Below, in pieces: positions 8,661-16,332 of a DNA stretch of 32,000 nt. Source of the DNA: Candidatus Electronema halotolerans (GTDB taxonomy: Bacteria > Desulfobacterota > Desulfobulbia > Desulfobulbales > Desulfobulbaceae); contig OW818675.1 in assembly GCA_942493095.1 (NCBI GenBank), forward strand, positions 360,001 through 392,000, given 5' to 3'. The stretch's first letter is position 1, and every line of letters starts with the position of its first letter. The notes under the pieces are model-generated. The model saw nothing but the letters and a program-made list of their open reading frames with translations, was not told the origin of the DNA and ran no database searches. A program made the translations under genes and the position numbers.

Positions 8661-9515
8661 TCAATGAGCCTGCCGCTTCATGGTTTCCAGCAGGCGATCA
8701 AGTTCTTGGGCGGACAGGCCTGTGCTGGCACGAATAATATCAGCAGCGACACCATGAGCAAGCAAATTTTTGGCAATGGCGGTTTTTTCTTCGATGCGGG
8801 ATGACCAGAGCATGGATTCCTGATACGAGACATTCTCCATGTGCCGGTTGTATGCTCTGCGCTGCTCAGGGTCAAGATTCATGACGCGCAGCCGGACTGA
8901 GGCATCCTGAATATGCTTGGCCGTGAAGTCCGGTCGCACTTCGCTGTGCTTGAGCATATAAATCCATTCATCAAGAGCCTCGTTGATCTGGTCAGGAAAC
9001 TTGGCCACACGAATCAGATAATGCTCCGGGAAGATGGTGCGCACATCGCGGATGCCGAACTGTTCGTACTGCGCATCAGTCATAGTCAGCGTGTCGCCGG
9101 TGTGTATTCCGACAAAATTGGTTGAGCCGTAATAGAGATAGTCGTTCCCTGCGCCGAGATTGAAATAGGTAATATTGACAGAGATTATCTTTTTTATATT
9201 TTGGTACGACTGCCCTTTGCTGAAATGCTCGCTGAGAAGTTTGGCAGAACCGTAAGCGATGCGATGAAAAAAATCATGCTCTGATTTCACCTGCACTTCA
9301 ATAATAATCAGCTCGTTACGTGAATTTTCAACCAGCAGATCAACGCGATTGAATTTATCCGTTTCATCCTCTTGATTGCTTTCGCTTTCCAAGAGATTGA
9401 CCACCGTAATCTCTTCATGAAGCAGGGCGGTCAAAAAGCCTTCGAGAATATCAAAATTTGCTTTGTTCCGCAGAAGTTTTTTAATTGCCCAGTCAAAACG
9501 GATGAGTTTTTCCAT
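8661..9515 (-). CDS. Rpn-family / PD-(D/E)XK (PDDEXK_2) recombination-promoting nuclease, putative transposase-like
   Basis: N-terminal FDWAIKKLL...NRVDLLVEN...LIIIEVQV (D...ExQ nuclease core) and a helical C-terminal tail. The 5' two-thirds is lower in G+C than the neighbours. Confidence 0.7.
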   Translation of the reverse strand: MEKLIRFDWAIKKLLRNKANFDILEGFLTALLHEEITVVNLLESESNQEDETDKFNRVDLLVENSRNELIIIEVQVKSEHDFFHRIAYGSAKLLSEHFSKGQSYQNIKKIISVNITYFNLGAGNDYLYYGSTNFVGIHTGDTLTMTDAQYEQFGIRDVRTIFPEHYLIRVAKFPDQINEALDEWIYMLKHSEVRPDFTAKHIQDASVRLRVMNLDPEQRRAYNRHMENVSYQESMLWSSRIEEKTAIAKNLLAHGVAADIIRASTGLSAQELDRLLETMKRQAH

Positions 9516-9736
9516 ATCTTAAACACAAAAGGCAGTGAAAATTTCTTGGGCGCAGAATGCCTTTTTGAAGATGACTCCGTATTTTAATGAGGCGACCTGC
9601 TTCACTTTTCACCAAGTTAAGCCGAGATTTGCGGCCACGCTTTCTGCCGACAGCAGTTTGCCGTTAGCTTGAAATATAGATGTAACTCATTAGTATTATT
9701 TTGGCATCACTCTATACTTTCCGAAAAGAAGCATAT

Positions 9737-10177
9737 TTATTCGTTTTGTTCCTCATTTTTTGACCTTCCATTTTGTATTCCATGCTGAAACATAATCGCA
9801 TCATTTAGCAATTTCTGTTTTCCAAGAATAAGATTCCTGTGATGATCAAGCAATTGAGACAAAACTTTCTCTTGATATTCAGCGTAATACTTATCACCAG
9901 GTTGGGCAAGCGATAACTTTTCTATTAGGGATGAAAGTTGCGAGGAAAAATCACTGATTGATTTTGATTCAAGCATCGAAGTTTCTTTGGCAATTATCTC
10001 AGGACGTGATGAGATTATATTTATTGACGCATCATTCAACTTCGATTGCCAATCTATTATTGAAGACTTTATATCAATGAGTGTCTTCTTTGTCTCTTCT
10101 GCTTGTCTGCTTGACAGAATCCAAAACAAAACTGCAAGCATCAAGCTAATAATACTTGCCAAGTCACCATATTGCAT
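9737..10177 (-). CDS. Hypothetical protein with an N-terminal TM anchor (AT-rich islet)
   Basis: 146-aa ORF with a single N-terminal hydrophobic helix (IISLMLAVLFWIL) and a helical, S/K/E-rich remainder. It is the only long ORF in a markedly AT-rich stretch. I recognise no family. Confidence 0.5.
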   Translation of the reverse strand: MQYGDLASIISLMLAVLFWILSSRQAEETKKTLIDIKSSIIDWQSKLNDASINIISSRPEIIAKETSMLESKSISDFSSQLSSLIEKLSLAQPGDKYYAEYQEKVLSQLLDHHRNLILGKQKLLNDAIMFQHGIQNGRSKNEEQNE

Positions 10178-10200
10178 ACAACATACCGTATGTTTTTTTA

Positions 10201-10488
10201 TTAGTTGCTATATACAGCGTCAACTTGGCAAGATTCACCAGAGTTAAGAAAAATTAATTTTCCGCAAGCAAATGATCGAGTGTTTAAAGCGCAATCCCAA
10301 ACAAGAATCGCATCGTCCATTATAGCTAACTCAAGGCATAAAGAAGTTTTTATCAAAGCACCAGATTTAACATCTGTATAAAGATTGCTTTCAATACGTT
10401 TAATCGTGACTTCATACTTCTCTGCCCTTGATATTCCAGGGGAAAGAAACAGAAATGCTATAACTGAATAAAATATTAAATTCCTCAT
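10201..10488 (-). CDS. Hypothetical small secreted protein (signal peptide, about 72-aa mature, 4 Cys)
   Basis: ATG at 10488 gives MRNLIFYSVIAFLFLSPGISRA|EKYE..., a signal-peptide-like start. AT-rich, and 23 nt upstream of the 146-aa ORF on the same strand. Confidence 0.45.
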   Translation of the reverse strand: MRNLIFYSVIAFLFLSPGISRAEKYEVTIKRIESNLYTDVKSGALIKTSLCLELAIMDDAILVWDCALNTRSFACGKLIFLNSGESCQVDAVYSN

Positions 10489-10634
10489 GTTTGACACTCT
10501 GATTTATTCTATTTCTTAGAAAGAACCAGAACCTGCTCCCACTGAAATCAGGTTCTTTCCTCTGCCTCAAAAAACCGCTCTCTTGCAGCCAAACCATGTA
10601 CATAGCACGATTGCACCGCCCGCGCAAGCCTTTT

Positions 10635-11927
10635 TTACACCGCCGCCAATTTTGCCAAAGATGCCTCAACCGCATCAAGAGCCTTCTGCAAATGCGCCCG
10701 CTCATGGGCCGCAGAGACAAAGGCAGCTTCAAACTGCGACGGCGCAAGCCAGATGCCGTTAGCCAGCATGTTGCGGAAATGCTGCGCATATCGCTGGGTA
10801 TCCGCTTTCATGGCGGAAGCAAAATCCGTTACCGGCGCATCGGTGAAAAAACAAGTCATCATCGAACCAATCCGATTCAGCACAGTCGGCACCGAAGCCG
10901 CCGCCCCGATTTTCGCCAATCTCTCGGCAAACCAATCGCTCTTTTCTTCCAGCTCTTCATAAAAACCGGGCCGCCGCACCACCTTGAGCATGGCTGAACC
11001 TGCGGCCATTGCCAGCGGATTGCCGGACAAAGTGCCTGCCTGATAGACCGGGCCATCCGGGGCAACCATATCCATGATCGCCTTTTTGCCGCCATAGGCC
11101 CCGACTGGCAGGCCGCCGCCGATAATCTTGCCAAGACAGGTCAGATCCGGCAGAATGCTGAAGCGTTCCTGCGCTCCGCCGAGGGCCAGCCGGAAACCGG
11201 TGATCACCTCGTCAAAAATGAGGACAATGCCCAGCTCGGCGGTCAGCTCGCGCAGCCTGCGCAGAAAAGCCATGTCTGGGACAATCACGCCCATATTGCC
11301 AGCCACTGGCTCGATGATCACGCAGGCAATGTCCAAACTGGCATCGCGCAGGGTCTTTTCAAGAATTTCAATATCGTTATAAGGAATGGACAGCGTATTT
11401 TTGACAATGTCCTCCGGTACGCCGGGGCTGCCTGGAATGCCGAGCGTGGCCACGCCAGAACCGGCCTTGACCAAGAACGAATCCGCATGGCCGTGATAGC
11501 AGCCGTCAAACTTGATGATCATCTTGCGGCCAGTATAACCCCGCGCCAAGCGGACTGCGCTCATCGTCGCTTCGGTGCCGGAACTGACAAAACGCACTTT
11601 TTCAATCGAGGGCACTGATTCGCAGACCAATTCGGCCAGCTCCACCTCCAGCGCGGCAGGTGCGCCAAAACTGGTGCCGTTCGGCAGAGCCTCCTGAATC
11701 GCCTTGACCACTTCAGGATGGCCATGCCCAAGAATCATCGGTCCCCACGAGCCGACAAAATCAATAAATTCATTGCCGTCCGCATCCGTGATCAAGCAGC
11801 CTTGGGCCTTGGCGACAAACAGCGGGTCGCAGCCCACAGATTTGCAGGCCCGCACAGGCGAGTTCACGCCGCCGGGAATGACGTTGCAGGCTTGGGCGAA
11901 AAGGGAGGCGGAGTGCTGGGTCTTCAT
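10635..11927 (-). CDS. hemL: Glutamate-1-semialdehyde 2,1-aminomutase
   Basis: GGVNSPVRA, FDEVITGFR, LGKIIGGGLPVGAYGG (PLP Lys region) and the overall 430-aa class-III aminotransferase layout. Confidence 0.93.
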   Translation of the reverse strand: MKTQHSASLFAQACNVIPGGVNSPVRACKSVGCDPLFVAKAQGCLITDADGNEFIDFVGSWGPMILGHGHPEVVKAIQEALPNGTSFGAPAALEVELAELVCESVPSIEKVRFVSSGTEATMSAVRLARGYTGRKMIIKFDGCYHGHADSFLVKAGSGVATLGIPGSPGVPEDIVKNTLSIPYNDIEILEKTLRDASLDIACVIIEPVAGNMGVIVPDMAFLRRLRELTAELGIVLIFDEVITGFRLALGGAQERFSILPDLTCLGKIIGGGLPVGAYGGKKAIMDMVAPDGPVYQAGTLSGNPLAMAAGSAMLKVVRRPGFYEELEEKSDWFAERLAKIGAAASVPTVLNRIGSMMTCFFTDAPVTDFASAMKADTQRYAQHFRNMLANGIWLAPSQFEAAFVSAAHERAHLQKALDAVEASLAKLAAV

Positions 11928-12135
11928 AGCTCTTTTTTGCTTGCTGAAACTGGTGTGGATGATTCCGGGTTTGCCTTGAACTGACAGCCGCTTCTATGGT
12001 AAGGTGCAGAGGCTGTGGTTCTGGCACGGCAGCCGTGCCGCCGCTGACTATAGCATGTTGTTTTTTCTTCTGTCAAATAAAAGCAGGGAGACAGTGCCCG
12101 GAGCGTTGCTCCGGTCTGGATGAATAAAAACTCCT

Positions 12136-12366
12136 TTGGAGTTTTCAGTCCAACAAATTTTCAATTTTCCAAAGCGCACGTTGCAAAGCATGGACGAGGA
12201 AGTCTTCTATTACTTAACTGTTGAAGATATCCAGTCAGTTGCCACTGAAACGATTGACCGGGAACTGACTCCCGTCGAAATCAACATGATCAAAGATTCT
12301 ATAGCAGAAAGAATTAACTGGTACGATGCTATTTTCCATGCGATTCTTGAGGAAAAATTTTCTTGA
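12136..12366 (+). CDS. Hypothetical small acidic protein (start uncertain: TTG 12136 or ATG 12190)
   Basis: Protein-like composition (MDEEVFYYLTVEDIQSVATETIDRELTPVEINMIKDSIAERINWYDAIFHAILEEKFS). No convincing SD. Sits 90 nt upstream of the J-domain gene on the same strand. Confidence 0.35.
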   Translation: MEFSVQQIFNFPKRTLQSMDEEVFYYLTVEDIQSVATETIDRELTPVEINMIKDSIAERINWYDAIFHAILEEKFS

Positions 12367-12455
12367 TTCATTGCTTGGGAAGCAATAGCGCGTCTCAACT
12401 CTGCGGCGAATTTGAACAGGAAGCAGGAATAATCAAACCATAGCAGGAGAAGACC

Positions 12456-13601
12456 ATGAGCAAATCTGACTGCAAAGCCGTCCGCATCGCAAATGCTTCT
12501 ACTAAGAAAGTTCTCTCCAAGGGCCAGAAACGATTCAACTCCTTGATCAAACGGCTTGAGACAAAGAGAAAACTGCTCCAACGCTGGCAGGAGACTGTTC
12601 CGGTTTACCGGCAGCGTGTCCTTACGGAATATGATGCGTTGTATGATGAATACAATGAGCAGCGGGCTGATTTGGTGCGTCTGTTTGATGCCGCCTATCC
12701 CAAAAAAATGTTCACCAAAACAGACAAGCGCAAACTCAAGCATCTGATCCGCTCCATCACCGAGGAGCTGATTTCTTATGATGTGGAGGGAATGAAGGAC
12801 ATATACAATAAATACAGCGAGGTTGATTTTGACAGCATTGACAAGGAGACGGATGAGCAGGTCGGTCAGATGATGAAGGCAATGTTTGAAGAGATGATGG
12901 GTGTTGAAATTGATGATGATGTTGATGTCAGCTCGCCGGAAAAATTTCAAGCCGCCTTGCAGGAGAAATTAGCTGAACAGGAGGAGCAGGAGCGGCTGGC
13001 TGAGGAGAAACGCCGCAAGCGCAAGAAGAGTGCCAGACAATTGGCTAAAGAGGCCCGGATTGAGCAGGAGGAGCAGAATATCAGCAAGTCCATTCAGGAA
13101 GTGTATCGAAAATTGGCCGCATCCCTGCATCCTGACCTTGAAACAGATTTAGAGGAAAAGGAACGAAAAACCAAATTGATGCAGCAGGTCAACGTTGCCT
13201 ACAAGGAAAAGAACTTATTGCGTCTGCTGGAACTGCAACTGGAATTGGAGCATATTGACCAAGAGCATCTGAACGGTTTGGCCGAAGAAAAAATCCAGTA
13301 CTTCAACAAGATTCTCCAGAATCAACTGAAAGAGCTGGAGGAGGAAATTCATCTCGTCGAATACCAGGCAAAAACAGTATCTGGCTGTATGCCTTTTGCG
13401 CCTTTAAAACCTGAGCAGCTCCTCAAAAAACTGGATGACGACATTGAAGATGTCAAAGATGACATTGACCTAATCAAAATAGATATTGAGGAGTTCAGAA
13501 CGAACACCAAGCTGAAGGAATTCCTGAAAACATACAAGATTCCCAAGCCGCAGGATGATGTTTTCGACCTGAACAACCTGTTGATGGAAGGCATGTTTTA
13601 A
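12456..13601 (+). CDS. J-domain-containing coiled-coil protein (J domain central, HPD at 13128-13136)
   Basis: Strong SD (AGGAG, 6 nt spacing). IQEVYRKLAASLHPDLETDLEEKERKTKLMQQVNVAYKEKNLLRLLELQLELEHID corresponds to J-domain helices II/III with an HPD loop. Flanked by highly charged K/E/D-rich helices. Lower G+C than the neighbours. Confidence 0.75.
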   Translation: MSKSDCKAVRIANASTKKVLSKGQKRFNSLIKRLETKRKLLQRWQETVPVYRQRVLTEYDALYDEYNEQRADLVRLFDAAYPKKMFTKTDKRKLKHLIRSITEELISYDVEGMKDIYNKYSEVDFDSIDKETDEQVGQMMKAMFEEMMGVEIDDDVDVSSPEKFQAALQEKLAEQEEQERLAEEKRRKRKKSARQLAKEARIEQEEQNISKSIQEVYRKLAASLHPDLETDLEEKERKTKLMQQVNVAYKEKNLLRLLELQLELEHIDQEHLNGLAEEKIQYFNKILQNQLKELEEEIHLVEYQAKTVSGCMPFAPLKPEQLLKKLDDDIEDVKDDIDLIKIDIEEFRTNTKLKEFLKTYKIPKPQDDVFDLNNLLMEGMF

Positions 13602-13619
13602 GCAGCGGCATCAGTTTCA

Positions 13620-14090
13620 ATGAGTAAATATCCATTCATCATTCTTGCTGCTTTACTGACAACAGCTTTTTCTTTCGCCACTGCCTCAGCCAAATTTGCT
13701 CTGCCTGATTACGTTCACACCCTCAGCCAGCTTGCAGAGGCGCAGAAGCAGGCGCAGCAGAGCAGCAGGCCGCTTGCTTTTGTCTGCACAAACAAGGAAA
13801 GCGCCTGCACCCTGACCACGGCGGCCAGCGAGGATGTCTTTGCAGGGTTGAAAGATCACAGCGTGCTTGTTTATGTTGAGCTGAACAGTGTTGACAGCCT
13901 CCCGGCTCTTGTCGCCAAGGCCCTGAATTCTGCGGCGGCAGGCCAGCAGCTTCCAAAAACAGCGGTCATCAGCTCTGATCTGCGCACCCTGATTGATCTG
14001 CTGCCGGATGTGGAGGAGTCGCTGCTGCGGGCGGCCCGCATCCGGGAGACCCAGGAAAAAATTGCCCACTATATGCAGGAACAGCAATAA
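13620..14090 (+). CDS. Secreted thioredoxin-fold-like protein lacking the CxxC motif (hypothetical)
   Basis: Signal peptide MSKYPFIILAALLTTAFSFATASA. RPLAFVCTNKESACTLT...VLVYVELNS...LPKTAVIS resembles the Thioredoxin_7 topology but has ESAC where WCxxC would be. The fold assignment is tentative. Confidence 0.5.
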   Translation: MSKYPFIILAALLTTAFSFATASAKFALPDYVHTLSQLAEAQKQAQQSSRPLAFVCTNKESACTLTTAASEDVFAGLKDHSVLVYVELNSVDSLPALVAKALNSAAAGQQLPKTAVISSDLRTLIDLLPDVEESLLRAARIRETQEKIAHYMQEQQ

Positions 14091-14132
14091 CCCTTTGGTT
14101 CCTATAACGTCCAATCAGCGGAAAAGGAGAAT

Positions 14133-14465
14133 TTGATTATGGCAAGCGAGAAAGTCATCCAAGCCACAGACAAAACGTTTGACAGTCTGACAAACGGAGA
14201 GATTCCCTGTCTCGTGGATTTCTGGGCCCCTTGGTGCGGCCCCTGCAAGGCCATCGGGCCGGTCATTGAGCAGCTGGCCGAGGAATTTGATGGCCAAGCC
14301 AACATCGTCAAGGTGAATGTTGACGACAACCAGGAAACAGCGGGCAGGTTCAACGTCCGGGCCATCCCCACCTTGATCATGTTCAAGAAGGGAGAAGTGA
14401 AGGGCCAGATCACCGGCGCAGTGGGCAAAGGTCAGCTCGTGGAACTGATCAACAAGGCTCTCTGA
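14133..14465 (+). CDS. trxA: Thioredoxin
   Basis: VDFWAPWCGPCKAIGP, RAIPTLIMFKKGE. SD AAGGAG upstream. Confidence 0.93.
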   Translation: MIMASEKVIQATDKTFDSLTNGEIPCLVDFWAPWCGPCKAIGPVIEQLAEEFDGQANIVKVNVDDNQETAGRFNVRAIPTLIMFKKGEVKGQITGAVGKGQLVELINKAL

Positions 14466-14537
14466 TTTCTTGCGGCAGCGCAGCCTCCGGGGTGCTCCGC
14501 GCTCCGGGGCATCCTTTTCTTTTTCAGGAAATTGTTC

Positions 14538-15476
14538 ATGAACAAGCCAGATTACCAACTGATCATTGTCGGCGGCGGACCAGCAGGGCTGACTGCCGGG
14601 CTGTACGCGGCCCGTGGACGGATTCAGACCCTGCTCATTGAAAAAGGGGCCGCTGGCGGCCAAGTTCTGCTCACTGACTGGGTTGACAACTATCCGGCCT
14701 TTGCCGAGGGCGTGGCCGGTTTTGACTTGGTGGACAAGATGGCTGCCCATGCTGACCGCTTCGGCTTGGAGAAAAAGTCGGCTGCGGTGGAGTCCATGGA
14801 TCTGCAAGGTGATTTGAAGCGCATCCGCTTGGATTCCGGCGAGGAGCTGACCTGTGAGGCAGTGATCATCTGCACCGGGGCCAGACCGCGCAAGATTGAA
14901 GTGCCGGGCGAAGAGGATCTGCAAGGCAAGGGCGTGTCCTACTGCGCCACCTGCGACGGCCCCTTTTACCGGGATCAGGAAATTGCCGTGGTCGGCGGCG
15001 GCAACACTGCGGTGCAGGAGGCCATCCATCTGACCAAATTTGCGAAAAAAGTGACCGTGATCCACCGCCGGGACAGCCTGCGGGCCACTGCCATTTTGCA
15101 GGAAAAAGCCTTTGCCGAGCCGAAAATCGACTTTGTCTGGAATGCTCAGATCAGCGAGATTGTCGGCAAGGAGGAGGTCGAGGCTGTGAACATCAAATAC
15201 AACGACGGCTCAAGTTCCGTGCTGTCAGTGACCGGTGTTTTTGTGCTCATCGGCGTGACACCCAACAACAACATGCTGCCCCTGGACCAGCTTCAGACCG
15301 ACGAGGGCGGCTTCGTTGTCACGGACAGCGAGATGGCCTGCGCCGGGCTGGAGGGCGTGTTTGCCGCTGGCGACATCCGCAGCAAGCTCTTCCGCCAGAT
15401 CATCAACGCTGCCGGAGAAGGGGCCAATGCCGAGCTTGCCGCAGAACACTATCTCAGCAGCCGCCCGGCGGCCTGA
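14538..15476 (+). CDS. trxB: Thioredoxin-disulfide reductase
   Basis: IIVGGGPAGLTAGLYAAR, redox-active CATCDG, VVGGGNTAVQEA, GVFAAGD. The first ATG is at 14538; the ORF-track start at 14532 is a TTG. Confidence 0.92.
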   Translation: MNKPDYQLIIVGGGPAGLTAGLYAARGRIQTLLIEKGAAGGQVLLTDWVDNYPAFAEGVAGFDLVDKMAAHADRFGLEKKSAAVESMDLQGDLKRIRLDSGEELTCEAVIICTGARPRKIEVPGEEDLQGKGVSYCATCDGPFYRDQEIAVVGGGNTAVQEAIHLTKFAKKVTVIHRRDSLRATAILQEKAFAEPKIDFVWNAQISEIVGKEEVEAVNIKYNDGSSSVLSVTGVFVLIGVTPNNNMLPLDQLQTDEGGFVVTDSEMACAGLEGVFAAGDIRSKLFRQIINAAGEGANAELAAEHYLSSRPAA

Positions 15477-15495
15477 GCCAAGGAGGCTGGAACCC

Positions 15496-16317
15496 ATGCA
15501 GAGCAAAGTTTCCGTCAGCCGCGCCGCCTGCTGCTTGGTGCTGGCAGCAGCCTGTCTGTCGTTGAGCGGCTGCGGCTCGATCAAAGACATGTTCAGTTCC
15601 TTGTCTTTTGGCGCGGATCAGGAGGAACAAGTTGAACCGGCAGAGACCTTGGCTGCCAAGGCTATGAACGACTACAAGGTCGGCAGCTATTCTGACGCGC
15701 TTGATTCGTTTCAGGAGATCATTGACCGTTATCCGTTCAGCCCGGAGGCCCTGCTGGCCGAGCTGAAGGCGGCGGACTGCCAGTATTACAGCGGCAAATA
15801 TGCGGAAGCCAAGGAACTGTACAAGACCTTTGAGGAGCAGCATCCCACCAACGAGGCGGTTCCTTATGTCATGTTTCAGATTGGGTTATGCGATTTCGCC
15901 CGTGCTGACCGGATCGACCGCGATCCCAGCGGTGCTGAGGACGCAGTCCAGTCCTTTGCTCGGCTCCTGCGCATTCATCCCAAATCGCCCTACAGCAGAG
16001 AGGCCAAGGCGCGGATGCAGGCGGCCAAGGAATTCTTGGTCAATCATGAATATTTTGTCGCCGTCTTTTATGTCCGCACCAAAAAGTATGAGCAGGCCAA
16101 GCATCGCCTCAAATACATCATTGCCATGTATCCAGAGGCCAAGGTTCTGCCCAAGGCCAAGGAGCTGCTCGCCAAGCTGGAACAGGGCAAGCCGCCCAGA
16201 TGGGGCTTGGCAAAATGGCTGCCTGATCTGACCATGCCGGACTGGAAGTGGTGGCAGAGCAAGGATGATGTGCTTGAAGACACAGGCAAGGAAGCGGAGC
16301 AGGCTGGTGAGCAATAG
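15496..16317 (+). CDS. bamD: Outer membrane protein assembly factor BamD (TPR lipoprotein)
   Basis: ATG at 15496 preceded by AGGAGG. Lipobox LSLSGC. TPR-like YPFSPEA...YY..KY.EA repeats and HEYFVAVFYVRTKKYEQA are typical of BamD. The ORF-track start at 15316 would overlap trxB by 160 nt. Confidence 0.8.
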   Translation: MQSKVSVSRAACCLVLAAACLSLSGCGSIKDMFSSLSFGADQEEQVEPAETLAAKAMNDYKVGSYSDALDSFQEIIDRYPFSPEALLAELKAADCQYYSGKYAEAKELYKTFEEQHPTNEAVPYVMFQIGLCDFARADRIDRDPSGAEDAVQSFARLLRIHPKSPYSREAKARMQAAKEFLVNHEYFVAVFYVRTKKYEQAKHRLKYIIAMYPEAKVLPKAKELLAKLEQGKPPRWGLAKWLPDLTMPDWKWWQSKDDVLEDTGKEAEQAGEQ

Positions 16318-16332
16318 CCAGTCAGGACAAGC

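Noticed and set aside
10519-10559. A hairpin (GAAAGAACC...GGTTCTTTC, or AGAACCTG...CAGGTTCT) between hemL and the AT-rich islet, as the hemL terminator
   Set aside because: There are two competing pairings with large loops (13-23 nt), and no U-tract follows on the transcribed strand. It is too weak to annotate.
12210-12950. A 246-aa minus-strand ORF overlapping the small acidic ORF and the 5' part of the J-domain gene
   Set aside because: The plus-strand J-domain ORF has a strong SD and a recognisable domain. The minus-strand translation is I/L/F/H-rich and looks like an antisense artefact of an AT-rich, K/E-rich gene.
14115-15065. A 316-aa minus-strand ORF antisense to trxA/trxB. Similar long antisense ORFs occur at 2902-3630, 18440-19105, 19787-20431, 22216-23022, 25118-25834 and 29606-30202.
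   Set aside because: All lie opposite genes with unambiguous family signatures and have low-complexity R/A/G/L-rich translations. I treat them as shadow ORFs.
15316-15495. An N-terminal extension of bamD suggested by the ORF track (start at 15316)
   Set aside because: It would overlap trxB by 160 nt and encode an R/A/S/P-rich non-signal sequence. The ATG at 15496 has an AGGAGG SD and yields a proper lipoprotein signal peptide.
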